DNA of 23,285 bases from an uncultured bacterium. Its GTDB lineage: Bacteria > Hydrogenedentota > Hydrogenedentia > Hydrogenedentales > JAEUWI01. The stretch spans positions 1-23,285 of the forward strand of contig CAXBPH010000091.1 of assembly GCA_963977445.1 (NCBI GenBank). The letters are read 5' to 3'. Both the position numbers and the translations under genes were made by a program. Within the stretch, counting starts at the first letter, position 1. Each line of letters begins with the position of its first letter. A model generated the notes under the pieces. The model was not told the DNA's origin and ran no database searches. It was given only the letters and a program-made list of their open reading frames with translations. Below, piece by piece: positions 1 to 9,783 of this stretch.

Positions 1-1
1 G

Positions 2-427
2 GCGGCGGCGGATCTCGGAAATTCCAGTCACGTCATGGTCATGGGCATCGGGGACCCCGACGGTGCGGAAATAACCTTGCCCCAGTGGATGAGTCGGAGC
101 AAGAATATTCCGAAAGATGCCGAGCCCCATTGGTCACGGCTCGATGAAGAGCACCTTTCTGACATTGCCGTAGCCGGGGACGGCGTCTACGTGCGGAGTA
201 CCCTCGGCGATGAAGACATTCGGGTGGTCATGCGCGAACTGGCCTACCTGGCGGGCTCTGCGCGGGAGGGCGGCCCGGCGGTAAATCGCGTGAACCGCTA
301 CCGCTGGCCCCTGTGTATCGCCTTGGTCTTGATCGTCCTTGAGGGATTGTGGTTGATTGTGGTGCCCCGAATATTCGGGCGCAAGGATGTAGCCATGGTG
401 GGGGAGGTGATCGATGATGTGCGCTAG
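2..427 (+). CDS. 3' part of VWA-domain membrane protein (BatB-like), truncated by window edge
   Basis: Frame open from base 2 (AAADLGNSSHVMVMGIGDPDGAEI...). 'vmGIG.p.Ga.I' and 'SRLDEEHLSDIA...G.Y' resemble the VWA C-terminus of BatA/BatB. 'RYRWPL' followed by a TM helix is typical of BatB. Lies upstream of BatD/BatE-like genes. Confidence 0.75.
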   Translation, partial: AAADLGNSSHVMVMGIGDPDGAEITLPQWMSRSKNIPKDAEPHWSRLDEEHLSDIAVAGDGVYVRSTLGDEDIRVVMRELAYLAGSAREGGPAVNRVNRYRWPLCIALVLIVLEGLWLIVVPRIFGRKDVAMVGEVIDDVR

Positions 428-1106
428 AACCTTGCTCTTCGTGGCCCTCTGCTTCATGGCGGCCTGTTCGCCTGGCCCGTCGCCCCGTGAGGCCATTGAT
501 GAGGCGGAGATGCTGTTGGTCACGGGACGGTCGGAGCGGGCACTGCAGACCCTCCAGGAGATGCGGGTGGACCATCCCGAGGACCAGGCCATCCTTTTCG
601 ATATCGCCTATGCCCAGGTGGCCACGGCGGCCCAACTGAGCCAGTCGGGCGCTACGAAAGAAGCCAACGCAACCTTTGAGAAGGGCGTGGAAACCTTTTT
701 GCGACTCACCGAAGGCCCGGCACCGGAATTCAGGGTGAGCGGACTCTTCAACGCGGCGACCGCGCGCATTCAGCGGGATGGCGTGATGCATAAAGATGAA
801 TTGTATGACGCGCGCCTTGAAAACATGCGGGGCGCGATTGGCCTCCTCGAAGACGTTCAGCAGCTGAATCCTGATTTCTCCGGTGTGGCAGAGAATCTCG
901 AGCACGCCCGATTTGTGTTGGGTAAGCTGCTCCGTGAGCCCCCATCGGAAGAGACGCCCCCGGAAGAGGAAAAGAAGGACGAGCCGGAGGAAGCCGCGAA
1001 CAACGTCGACTCCGTAACGACCCAGATTCCCAAGGCGAGTGTGGAGGTCGTGGATGGGAGTACCATCGTGCTGCACCTGCCACCTCGTGAAGGAGACGGC
1101 AAATGA
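414..1106 (+). CDS. TPR-like lipoprotein (BatC-like N-terminal part)
   Basis: Signal peptide with lipobox-like 'FMAAC'; helical TPR-like segments ('ILFDIAYAQ', 'GLFNAATARI', 'LNPDFSGVAENLEHAR'); acidic Pro-rich linker; overlaps the upstream stop. Confidence 0.7.
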   Translation: MMCARTLLFVALCFMAACSPGPSPREAIDEAEMLLVTGRSERALQTLQEMRVDHPEDQAILFDIAYAQVATAAQLSQSGATKEANATFEKGVETFLRLTEGPAPEFRVSGLFNAATARIQRDGVMHKDELYDARLENMRGAIGLLEDVQQLNPDFSGVAENLEHARFVLGKLLREPPSEETPPEEEKKDEPEEAANNVDSVTTQIPKASVEVVDGSTIVLHLPPREGDGK

Positions 1107-1930
1107 ACGGGCTTCACTTCATATTTTGTATATCCGCCTTGCTTGCCTTGAAAGACCTGCCCACGACGACGCCGGAAACCCCGGAGCGCATTCGGGTGCT
1201 TGCTATCCATGGGAGCGACGAAGGCAGAGCGGTTCCCGACGCGGACCCGACCCTGGCGCCCGTGCAGACGTTGCTGGACACCTTGCCCTACGATACCTAT
1301 CGGGAAGTCGCCTTTGAGGAGCTCACGGTCAACTATGGTGAAGATGGTGCGGTGAAATTGAATGATATTTACACGCTTCATTGCAGTCCCTTGCGCCTGA
1401 CGGAAGATGCAGAGATTGTGTTGGAGGCCCACGTCGATATGGAAGAGGCGGGCCGTGTCATTGAAGCGGTGCGGGTGACGGGCCGGGCCGAGCGTGGTCA
1501 GGGAATGGTATTTCGTGGATTTTCCATGGACACGGGCGAGTTGATTGTTATTCTAAGTATTGCCGAAGCCAAGAATGACGACGGCGGTACAGGCGGCAGT
1601 GGCGCGCCCCAGGGCCAACAGGATCCCGCCGAAGGGAATAGCACCGCAGAATCGTCTGGTGCCGATCCAGGAACGGGGGCCAATGACCCGGAAGCCACCG
1701 AGGCGGGGGAAACGCCGCCATCGGAAATGGACGGGGAGGAGGACGAAAATACCGATCCCAAGGCGATGATCCCGGTCGAGACACCGCCGGAAGATGAGGC
1801 ACCGCCGCTGCCCACCGAACTCGCCAATCTGGAAGGCATACTTCGTGCCCTCGAAGAGGTCGACCGTCGCGAGCAGGCCGCTTCCCGTGCCCGACAATAC
1901 GAGACGGAGATTCGGGGGGACTGGTGGTGA
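1103..1930 (+). CDS. Exported hypothetical protein with low-complexity linker and BatC-like C-terminal tail
   Basis: ATGA overlap with the upstream gene; hydrophobic N-terminus; ~140-aa globular region; Gly/Glu/Pro/Asp-rich linker; ends LEGILRALEEVDRREQ...RGDWW. Confidence 0.7.
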   Translation: MNGLHFIFCISALLALKDLPTTTPETPERIRVLAIHGSDEGRAVPDADPTLAPVQTLLDTLPYDTYREVAFEELTVNYGEDGAVKLNDIYTLHCSPLRLTEDAEIVLEAHVDMEEAGRVIEAVRVTGRAERGQGMVFRGFSMDTGELIVILSIAEAKNDDGGTGGSGAPQGQQDPAEGNSTAESSGADPGTGANDPEATEAGETPPSEMDGEEDENTDPKAMIPVETPPEDEAPPLPTELANLEGILRALEEVDRREQAASRARQYETEIRGDWW

Positions 1931-3369
1931 CCGTTTTAATGTCTACCCTCCTGCTCCTTGGTGCCTATGCGCCGGCCGTCGTGCCGTTCGGTGATGGGGG
2001 GCCGCCTTCACCGTCGGCGGGCCCTTCCGCGGGTGAATTTCAGCTGGCACAGGCCGAGGAAGAACTGCCCACCCTGGAAGAGGCGATTTTTATCGAGAGT
2101 AGTGTGGATCGCAACACGGTATACCTGGGCGAGGCCGTAAACCTCACCCTGACCTATGGACAGCTCGATTTTCGGGGCATCCGTGTGCAGAGCCACTACA
2201 AGACCCGGCGTATACGCTTGCCCGATACCGAAGGTTTTTTTGCGGGAAAAATTATTGAGGAAAGTCGGAAATTAACCCGAGACGGGCATGCCTACACCCT
2301 CACGGTCTATCGGGTTCCCCTTTTTCCGACCCAGCCGGGGGCGTTGTTTATCGGTGCCTGGCGGTGGCAGGGAACGGCGCGAGGCTATACCGTCAGCGGG
2401 GCCCAATCGCTCCAAATCGACCGAAGCACGTCGCCGTTGACCATCAATGTCGAACCCCTTCCGCCCGCGCCTGCCGGCTTTGGGGGTGCCGTCGGACGCT
2501 TCGAATTGGATACCGCCATAGCGAATACCCAGCTTATGCAAGGGGTGCCCATCACCTACACCGTCGAAATATCGGGAGAAGGTAATCCCCAATCCCTGCG
2601 CCCACCTACCTTGCCGCAAGCCCTCTGGTATCGGCTCGGAGATGGGACCGTCACCGGCGAAACGGAGGTGACCGGCACGAATCCGGAGTTCATGAAGCGC
2701 TACGAATATGAACTCATGCCCCTGCAAGATGGCGTGTTCACCTTGGGCCCGGTGGCCTTCACCTATTTTTCACCCCGTGAAAAGCAGTATGTCACGACCA
2801 CGGGCCCGGTCCTCGAAGTTACCGTTGCGGAATCGGACCTTGAAGAGCGCCTGGTGGTTGTCGGGGGCGTAGGGCATGGAGAAGCGGGTGCTTTACTCGT
2901 GATGGATGACGGACGTCTTCCTCTGGCGACCACGGCCGACCTGACGCCCGCCTCACGGAGAAGGGGGGGGATGGTGTATTTCCTGGGCATTGTCCCCATT
3001 GGCCTGTTTCTCGTGGCCCTGCTGGTGTTGTGGGGGCTATCGAATCGTCGCGTTTCCCCCGATGGGGCGCTGCGACGTGTGCGGCTCCACAATGGGGCAC
3101 AGGAGGCGGCATCCTTGCGCGGGGTGATACTGGCAGAGATTGAGCAGGTCACAGCCACAAAAATCTCGGGATTGACCACCATGGAATTGGAAGCGGCCTT
3201 GTCGTCGCGGGGTTGGGGCGAGGCTGCCTGCGCGTTGGGCGCGGGACTTCGGGCGTGCGATGCCGTGTTGTATGGCGGTGCGGCAATGGCGTCGGAAGAG
3301 CTGCTGGCCCTGGCGGATAGGGCGGCTTACGCCTTGGATGTCGTAGATTCCCGGGAGACGGGCCAATGA
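1924..3369 (+). CDS. batD: BatD family protein
   Basis: 'SVDRNTVYLGEAVNLT', 'LFPTQPG', 'V.PLP...F.GAVG.F', 'ISGEGN', 'FTYFSP....Y.T' match the BatD repeat pattern; TM helix near the C-terminus; Bat operon context. Confidence 0.8.
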   Translation: MVTVLMSTLLLLGAYAPAVVPFGDGGPPSPSAGPSAGEFQLAQAEEELPTLEEAIFIESSVDRNTVYLGEAVNLTLTYGQLDFRGIRVQSHYKTRRIRLPDTEGFFAGKIIEESRKLTRDGHAYTLTVYRVPLFPTQPGALFIGAWRWQGTARGYTVSGAQSLQIDRSTSPLTINVEPLPPAPAGFGGAVGRFELDTAIANTQLMQGVPITYTVEISGEGNPQSLRPPTLPQALWYRLGDGTVTGETEVTGTNPEFMKRYEYELMPLQDGVFTLGPVAFTYFSPREKQYVTTTGPVLEVTVAESDLEERLVVVGGVGHGEAGALLVMDDGRLPLATTADLTPASRRRGGMVYFLGIVPIGLFLVALLVLWGLSNRRVSPDGALRRVRLHNGAQEAASLRGVILAEIEQVTATKISGLTTMELEAALSSRGWGEAACALGAGLRACDAVLYGGAAMASEELLALADRAAYALDVVDSRETGQ

Positions 3370-4091
3370 CGATGATTTTTCTCGCCCTGCTTTGTATTCC
3401 CGGAAACGTGTACGACGAATTCTTAGAACGGGGAAACGACGCCTACGTCGATAATCGACTGGATGACGCAATCCAGGCCTACGAGGAGCTCGTTGCTTCC
3501 GGCGTCGAGAGTGGGCCGGTGTTCTACAATCTGGCGAGTGCCTACTACCATTCGGGCGACCCGGGACGTGCGGTGTTGAACTATGAGCGGGCCCTGGCGG
3601 TCGATCCCGATTATTCTCCGGCCATGCGGGGCCTGGAAAGCGTGGCAATTACATCACCCCGATTGTCCGAGCTACCGGCAGGATTTCGTTCAAAATGGGC
3701 ACACTATTTTGAACGGTGGAAGGCATGGGCGACGCTGCCGCTGTTGGTATTGTGGTGGGGCTTCTGGGGTATACTTCTCCTGGCAGTGTGGAAACCGACG
3801 CCCCGGCTTCGCGCCTTGTCTATTGCGTTCACTTGCGTGGTCGTTTTACTGGCAGGCTTGAGCTGGGTTGCCGCCCAATCCCCCCAGGGGGGGGTTGTTC
3901 TGGCAAAGGAATCCCCCCTCCGCTACGGTCCCGATGAGCGCGATAGTATTCGTGCCCACGTCCGGGCCGGTGACCGCGTTTGCATTGAGCATGCCGCCGG
4001 GCTCTGGGTGCGGGTGGAGACGGTTGCTGGTGCCCGCGGCTGGATGCGACGAGCGGATCTGGCCTGGGTTACCCGATCGGTTGCACGCTGA
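3366..4091 (+). CDS. batE: TPR + SH3b membrane protein (BatE-like)
   Basis: 'GNDAY', 'FYNLASAYY..GDPGRAVLNYERAL' TPR; two TM helices; C-terminal SH3b 'LRYGP...GDRV...WVRV...GARGWM'. Confidence 0.8.
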   Translation: MTMIFLALLCIPGNVYDEFLERGNDAYVDNRLDDAIQAYEELVASGVESGPVFYNLASAYYHSGDPGRAVLNYERALAVDPDYSPAMRGLESVAITSPRLSELPAGFRSKWAHYFERWKAWATLPLLVLWWGFWGILLLAVWKPTPRLRALSIAFTCVVVLLAGLSWVAAQSPQGGVVLAKESPLRYGPDERDSIRAHVRAGDRVCIEHAAGLWVRVETVAGARGWMRRADLAWVTRSVAR

Positions 4092-4114
4092 ATCTGGAGA
4101 GAGTTTTATCCAAC

Positions 4115-6817
4115 GTGAATACGACATCCGAGCATAGTTTCGTTGATTTGGTAACGTTGGCGGCGGCAGATCCTGCGGCGTTCCGAGCAACGAAAGAACG
4201 CGATCGCCTGGCTGCCATCCGGCGTCACTATCGCGATGCCTGGCAGGCGGCCCGCGAACGTCACGAAGCGGGTTCATCGGGCCGAAGCGTGTTGCGTGAA
4301 CTGACCGCATCTGCCGATGGCCTCGTTCGGGGTATTGTTCAATTCGGACTGGCCGAGACCGACGCGCCGGAGGATCTGATAGACCGATTTGCCGTGGTCG
4401 CACTCGGTGGCTACGGGCGGGGCGAGTTGAGTCCCCGATCTGACCTGGATCTTTGTCTTCTCTACACAGGCACCCAGGATCCCCCGCTTTGTGCGCTCAA
4501 CGAATATCTTGTGCCGATTTTCTGGGACGTAGGTTTCCAGATGGGCTATGTGTTTCAAGAGGTGAGCGAAGCGGTCGCGCTGGCAGAATCCGAGCCAGAA
4601 GTCCTTACCAGCTATGGCCAGGCACGTTTCCTTTTCGGTGACGCCGGCGTATACGGTGCCTTTGAAACAGAGATAGCCGAGATTCAGGTGCGCCAGGAAG
4701 AGACGCTTCGGGCCTTCTTCAGAAAACGGGAACGAAAAAAGAATCTCCCCAAAGAGCACCGTGATCTCTATAGTCCGGAACCCGATTTGAAAGAGAACGT
4801 GGGTGGACTGCGCGACGTGCACGTGGCACGGTGGATTCTCGGATTGCGCCATGGTCGCGTGACGTTGGATGGCCTCGAAAAACTGGGCCATATCCAGCCA
4901 GAAGACAATCTGGACTTTCAAGAGAGTGTGGACTTCATCTGGCGCGTTCGCAACGAACTCCATTTTCATACCGGTAAGGCCGAAGACAAACTCACCTTCG
5001 CCCGACAGAAGCACTTGGCCGCTACCTTCGGCTACGGAAGCAGCGGGCAAGCGGCGATTGACCGCTTCATGGAGGATTACTATGGTGCGGCCCGGTCACT
5101 TCGACGATTGCTCCGCTTCGTCGTGGGTATTACGGACAAGGCGAGCCGGGGTGAGAAGACTCAGAACCTGTCTTCCCGAGGTTGTTTTGCGGTGGTTGAA
5201 GGTGAGTTGAGCATTGGAGCCTCTGATCCCCAATGGTTTGCTGAGTATTCACCGCGACTGATGGAAGTGATCTGGGAATGCTGTCGTCGCATGGCACCCC
5301 TCGACCACGTCAGTTCCGAACGGGTAAAGCAGAATCTCTATCTCGTCGGAGACGCATTTCGATCCGACGATCTGGTGCGCCGATTTTTTACGGCCGTATG
5401 CAGTCGCCCCCATCAGGCTGGCCTGGCCCTGCGCCAGGCGGCCGAGACGGGGTTGCTCGGACACTACATTCCTGAGTTTGCCGACGTGGAAGGGGTGGTG
5501 CGCTACGAAGATTTCCACAGCTATCCTGTTGACGAGCATACACTCCGTGCCGTGGAAGCTATTGGGTCCATCGCCAATGCGGAGGGACCCATCGGCTCCC
5601 TTTTACAGCGTACGCTCGAACATCTTCGTGACCCCCATATTCTGGTTATTGCCATTATCTTCCACGATCTGGGGAAGGCCGGCGGCGAGGAGCATGTGGA
5701 GGAGGGGGTGCGGCTGGCACACCAGATTTGTCTCCGTATGGGCATATCGATCGAAGATGCCGACCGCATAGCCTTTCTCGTAGAGCATCACATGTTAATG
5801 AACCATATCGCCATGTACCGCGATACGGATGACCTTGATATCGTCGGCGAGTTTGCCAAAACCATGGGCACCCTGGAACGCCTGCAGGCGCTGTTGTTGT
5901 TGTCCTTCGCCGATCTGAGTGCCGTAGGGCCCAACGTCTGGACCGAATGGAAAGGTGCCCTGCTGGCGAAGCTTTACCTGAAGTCCGAACAGATCCTGCT
6001 CGGTCGTGCTCGTTTTGATGAATTCTTCTGGCTGGCTCCCAAAGCAAAGGCCATCGAGGCGGCCGCGCCAGAGGGGTTGCGCCCCGAGGTCACGACCCAT
6101 CTGAAACAACTGGGAGAGCGCTACTTCGTGGCCTTCAGTCCCGGGCAGGTCGTGCAACACATGCACTGCCTCCAGGAAGCGCGGGAATGTGGTTTGGCGG
6201 TTCGCTGTGTGAATAGCGACGAGACGGAGACGAGTGACGTTGTGGTCTGCACCCGTAACTGCCATGGACTTTTCGCAAAGATCGCCGGCTGTCTGTCCTC
6301 TCATCTCGCCGACATTCGCCGGGCATCGGTGTTTACCACCCCCGACGGCTATGCCGTGGACAGCTTTACCGTAATCGATGCGACCAGTCGTCGGCCCTTG
6401 ACGGAAGGCCAGGTGGAGGCCCTTTCTCAGACCTTGCAAAACGTGCTGATCGATGGGGAACCTGTACAGGGTCATGTGGATAGATCACGCAATCGTTTGT
6501 TCGCCCTCAATCAGCCCCCAGTGCCGGTTCCGACCCGTATCAGCTTCGACAACCTGGCATCCAAGACGGATACGGTGCTTGACATTGAAACCGGGGACCG
6601 CACAGGCTTACTCTACGACATAGCGCGGCTGCTTGCCGGGTATGGAATCGACTTCCAATCGTCTCACGTGGTGACCGATGCACGGCGGGCCCGGGACGCA
6701 TTCTATATTCGGATGGGCGATGCAAAGATAGAAGACGGGGCCACCCAGGAGCGGCTTCGTGCTGAGTTGGCTGCGGTGATTCAACCCTTGGCGTTGACCG
6801 AGTCAAGCAGAAGCTAA
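4115..6817 (+). CDS. glnD: [Protein-PII] uridylyltransferase / uridylyl-removing enzyme
   Basis: Nucleotidyltransferase motif 'ALGGYGRGELSPRSDLDL'; 'EPDLKENVGGLRD'; HD domain ('FHSYPVDEHT', 'FHDLGK'); two C-terminal ACT domains ('DRTGLLYDI', 'ARDAFY'); 900 aa; GTG start. Confidence 0.96.
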   Translation: MNTTSEHSFVDLVTLAAADPAAFRATKERDRLAAIRRHYRDAWQAARERHEAGSSGRSVLRELTASADGLVRGIVQFGLAETDAPEDLIDRFAVVALGGYGRGELSPRSDLDLCLLYTGTQDPPLCALNEYLVPIFWDVGFQMGYVFQEVSEAVALAESEPEVLTSYGQARFLFGDAGVYGAFETEIAEIQVRQEETLRAFFRKRERKKNLPKEHRDLYSPEPDLKENVGGLRDVHVARWILGLRHGRVTLDGLEKLGHIQPEDNLDFQESVDFIWRVRNELHFHTGKAEDKLTFARQKHLAATFGYGSSGQAAIDRFMEDYYGAARSLRRLLRFVVGITDKASRGEKTQNLSSRGCFAVVEGELSIGASDPQWFAEYSPRLMEVIWECCRRMAPLDHVSSERVKQNLYLVGDAFRSDDLVRRFFTAVCSRPHQAGLALRQAAETGLLGHYIPEFADVEGVVRYEDFHSYPVDEHTLRAVEAIGSIANAEGPIGSLLQRTLEHLRDPHILVIAIIFHDLGKAGGEEHVEEGVRLAHQICLRMGISIEDADRIAFLVEHHMLMNHIAMYRDTDDLDIVGEFAKTMGTLERLQALLLLSFADLSAVGPNVWTEWKGALLAKLYLKSEQILLGRARFDEFFWLAPKAKAIEAAAPEGLRPEVTTHLKQLGERYFVAFSPGQVVQHMHCLQEARECGLAVRCVNSDETETSDVVVCTRNCHGLFAKIAGCLSSHLADIRRASVFTTPDGYAVDSFTVIDATSRRPLTEGQVEALSQTLQNVLIDGEPVQGHVDRSRNRLFALNQPPVPVPTRISFDNLASKTDTVLDIETGDRTGLLYDIARLLAGYGIDFQSSHVVTDARRARDAFYIRMGDAKIEDGATQERLRAELAAVIQPLALTESSRS

Positions 6818-6925
6818 TTGCCGGGGCGCGATGAAAAAGGCTCTTTGGCGAATAGAGATAGACAGGTATTAATCATGACCGGTAGCGTTACTCTTGAGAA
6901 CGATTCCAGGTCGGGAGAATTATAA

Positions 6926-8323
6926 ATGATTTATTCCATACGATGGGCCGTGCTGATAGCGGCCCTGGGCCTGTTTTCACAAGGCGTATTGGCCCGCAGC
7001 CCCATTTTACGAGAAATTGAAGACAGTTTTATCCGATTGCACGAAGAAGTGGGGCCCAGTGTCGTTTCCATAGAAACAGAAGGTCAGGTGGTGGTCGGTG
7101 GTAAACCGGGGGTCGATGAGTTGCACCAGTTTTTTGGTGTGCCCAGGCCGGACGTTCCCGAAGAGGAAACACGCCCCCTTGCCACGGGTAGTGGGTTTAT
7201 TTACGACACAGAAGGTCACATTGTCACCAATAACCACGTCATTGCCGATGCCGAGACGATCAACGTCCTTCTTTCCAACGGAAAACGCTACGTGGCCCGT
7301 GTCGTGGGCACCGATCCCGATACGGACCTCGCCGTAATAAAAATTGACGTTGAATCGCCCTTAACCATAGCCAAACTCGGTGATTCCGATGCGCTTCGCG
7401 TTGGGCAGTTCGCCATTGCCATGGGTAGCCCACGGGGCTTCGAGGGGTCCTTGTCCTTCGGGCATATCAGCGCGCTGGGCAGGAACAACCTTTGGGGTCT
7501 GGAATCCCAGGGAATTCGTTTTCAAAACCTGATACAAACCGACGCGGCCATTAATCTGGGAAATAGCGGCGGCCCCCTTTGCAACATCGATGGGGAAGTT
7601 ATCGGCATCAATATCGCCATTATCTGGGGGGCAAACTCCATTGGTTTTGCCATTCCTGTCAATGAAGTAAAGAGTATCGTGCCCGATCTCATCGCGGATG
7701 GCAAAGTGACCCGGGGTTTTCTGGGCGTGCAGATCGACAACGTCTCCACCAGTATTGCCAGTGCGTTGGGGCTGCCCGATGAGCGTGGTGCCCTGGTGGA
7801 AGTGGTGCGCCCCAACACGCCCGCTTCCCGCGATGGAATCCATGTTTATGACGTGATTCGCAAGGTCAATGGAGAGAGCATTGAGGACGCGAGCGCACTG
7901 ATTCGTAAAGTCTCGTCCCTGGCACCCGGCGAGACTATCATGATTGAAGTCTGGCGGGCTCAGGAGAGTATTGAACTGAAGACTGTCCTGGATGAGTGGA
8001 ATGCGAATTCGGAATCGCCACAGCATACGGCACCCATTCTGGGACTGCAGCTTCGCGAGCTTGACGAGGCATCACGTAAGAAACTCGCGCTCCCCGACGA
8101 TGAAAATGGCCTCATTGTTGTCAATGTAGTTGCCGGAAGTCCGGCAGACGAGGCGGGTATCCGGGTGGGTGATCGCATCACCGAAGTGGCTCAGATGCCC
8201 GTGACGACGGTCGAGGCGTTCCGCACACTCGTGAATGAACAGTCGGGTATGGACAAGTCTGTTCTGGTCCGCTATGCCCGGGGTGACGCCAGTCCTGACA
8301 TTACTGTAATAAAAATACCATAG
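6926..8323 (+). CDS. HtrA family (DegP/DegQ) periplasmic serine protease with two PDZ domains
   Basis: Signal peptide; catalytic motifs 'TNNHV', 'DLAVIKI', 'IQTDAAINLGNSGGPL'; 'RGFLGV' PDZ1 plus a second PDZ; GGAG RBS upstream. Confidence 0.95.
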   Translation: MIYSIRWAVLIAALGLFSQGVLARSPILREIEDSFIRLHEEVGPSVVSIETEGQVVVGGKPGVDELHQFFGVPRPDVPEEETRPLATGSGFIYDTEGHIVTNNHVIADAETINVLLSNGKRYVARVVGTDPDTDLAVIKIDVESPLTIAKLGDSDALRVGQFAIAMGSPRGFEGSLSFGHISALGRNNLWGLESQGIRFQNLIQTDAAINLGNSGGPLCNIDGEVIGINIAIIWGANSIGFAIPVNEVKSIVPDLIADGKVTRGFLGVQIDNVSTSIASALGLPDERGALVEVVRPNTPASRDGIHVYDVIRKVNGESIEDASALIRKVSSLAPGETIMIEVWRAQESIELKTVLDEWNANSESPQHTAPILGLQLRELDEASRKKLALPDDENGLIVVNVVAGSPADEAGIRVGDRITEVAQMPVTTVEAFRTLVNEQSGMDKSVLVRYARGDASPDITVIKIP

Positions 8324-8456
8324 TCGGGAGCCATCGAAATCGCAGGCAGCGGGCAGGTCGTCCTATACGACGTAATCGATTTTCTTGATTTTAACGGGCG
8401 TTTCGTCGTATATTTGGTGGTGATGGGGTGCGTGACCACAATGCATAGATGGAGGT

Positions 8457-9752
8457 TTGGTGAAGGTGGCAATCGTAAAAAACCGATACTGCGGCGCCAG
8501 AATTCTCGTAGCGGATGATCAGGAAAGTGTTATCGATCTGATTGTTCGATCAGTGACCGGCGCATTTGGTTGCCATGTTTCGACGGTCGAAACAGGAGAC
8601 GAGGTTCTCGAGGCACTCGAGGAAGAAACCTATGATATCCTCCTCACCGACATGCGAATGCCCGGAGTGTATGGTCTGGAGCTTATTGCGAAAGCCGCCA
8701 AGGCCCGGCCCGGAATGCATATTGTGGCGATGACGGGGTATCCCACGGATTTCCCCTATATCGAAGTCATCGAGAACGGCGCCAAGGACTTTCTGAACAA
8801 GCCCTTTCTTCCCACCGAGCTCATTGCCAAGCTCATGCGCGTTCTGGATGAGCGCATACTTCGCCGCGACCTGGACCTGGCCCATATGAAATATCGAAGT
8901 CTCTTCGATTTGAGTATGGATGGCACCTTGCTGCTGACGATGGACGGTCTCTGTGTGGAGGATGCCAATGAAGCCATTTGCACCACCTTAGGGGTCGCTA
9001 AGAATGAAGTCATCGGGCAGAGTTTTCTGGAGCTTTTGAGCGGTGATGATCAGGAGCGTTTCCACCTCTGGATCGACATGTGTGCACGTAGTGGTAAGGG
9101 CACCATTGGCGATATCCGGGTCTTGCGCCCGAGTGGCTTACCTCTCCATGTAGACGCGACGATCACGATGGTAGATGCCAATGGCGAGCTATTCGCCTTC
9201 TTGTCATTTCGAGATATTACCGAAAAGCGTGAGGTAGATCGCAGGCTGGCGGAAGCGGCCCAGCGTGATGAACTCACGGGACTCTTCAATAAACGTTCCT
9301 TCGGAACCCGCATGGAATGGGCCGTAAACAGCGCCAGAGACACGGAATCCAAGCTGGCCTTGCTCACCATCGATTTGGATAACTTCAAGCAATGCAACGA
9401 TACCCACGGCCATCAGGTAGGCGATCGACTGCTCGCGGCGGTTGGCGACGTAATCCAGGCGAGTATTCGCACTACGGGTTACGATGAAGGATTTCGGTGC
9501 GGTGGCGATGAGTTTTCCGTCTTACTCCACAATTTTATCGAGGGCGGTCCCATGGTTGTGGCGGAACGCATGCGCGATCGTTTTGCATCGATTGAATGCT
9601 ACGGCACGTCCATGAGCATCGGTATTTCCGAATTCACGCCGGATATGACGGTTTCCGAGTTTATCCGCGCCGCCGATGACGCGCTCTATACGGCCAAAGG
9701 CCAGGGTAAGAATACGGTGTGCGTGGCCAATTCGACGACTAAAAAGAGTTAG
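8457..9752 (+). CDS. Response regulator-PAS-diguanylate cyclase (REC-PAS-GGDEF)
   Basis: REC ('ILVADD', 'LTDMRMPG', 'MTGY', 'KPF'); PAS ('YRSLFD..MDG', 'ANEA'); GGDEF ('DELTGLFN', 'DLDNFK..ND..GH..GD', 'RCGGDEF', 'ALYTAK..GKN'). The true start may be GTG 8460 or 8466 (GGAGG at 8451-8455). Confidence 0.95.
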   Translation: MVKVAIVKNRYCGARILVADDQESVIDLIVRSVTGAFGCHVSTVETGDEVLEALEEETYDILLTDMRMPGVYGLELIAKAAKARPGMHIVAMTGYPTDFPYIEVIENGAKDFLNKPFLPTELIAKLMRVLDERILRRDLDLAHMKYRSLFDLSMDGTLLLTMDGLCVEDANEAICTTLGVAKNEVIGQSFLELLSGDDQERFHLWIDMCARSGKGTIGDIRVLRPSGLPLHVDATITMVDANGELFAFLSFRDITEKREVDRRLAEAAQRDELTGLFNKRSFGTRMEWAVNSARDTESKLALLTIDLDNFKQCNDTHGHQVGDRLLAAVGDVIQASIRTTGYDEGFRCGGDEFSVLLHNFIEGGPMVVAERMRDRFASIECYGTSMSIGISEFTPDMTVSEFIRAADDALYTAKGQGKNTVCVANSTTKKS

Positions 9753-9783
9753 GTCGCAGGGACATTCACCCCGTGGGCCTGTC

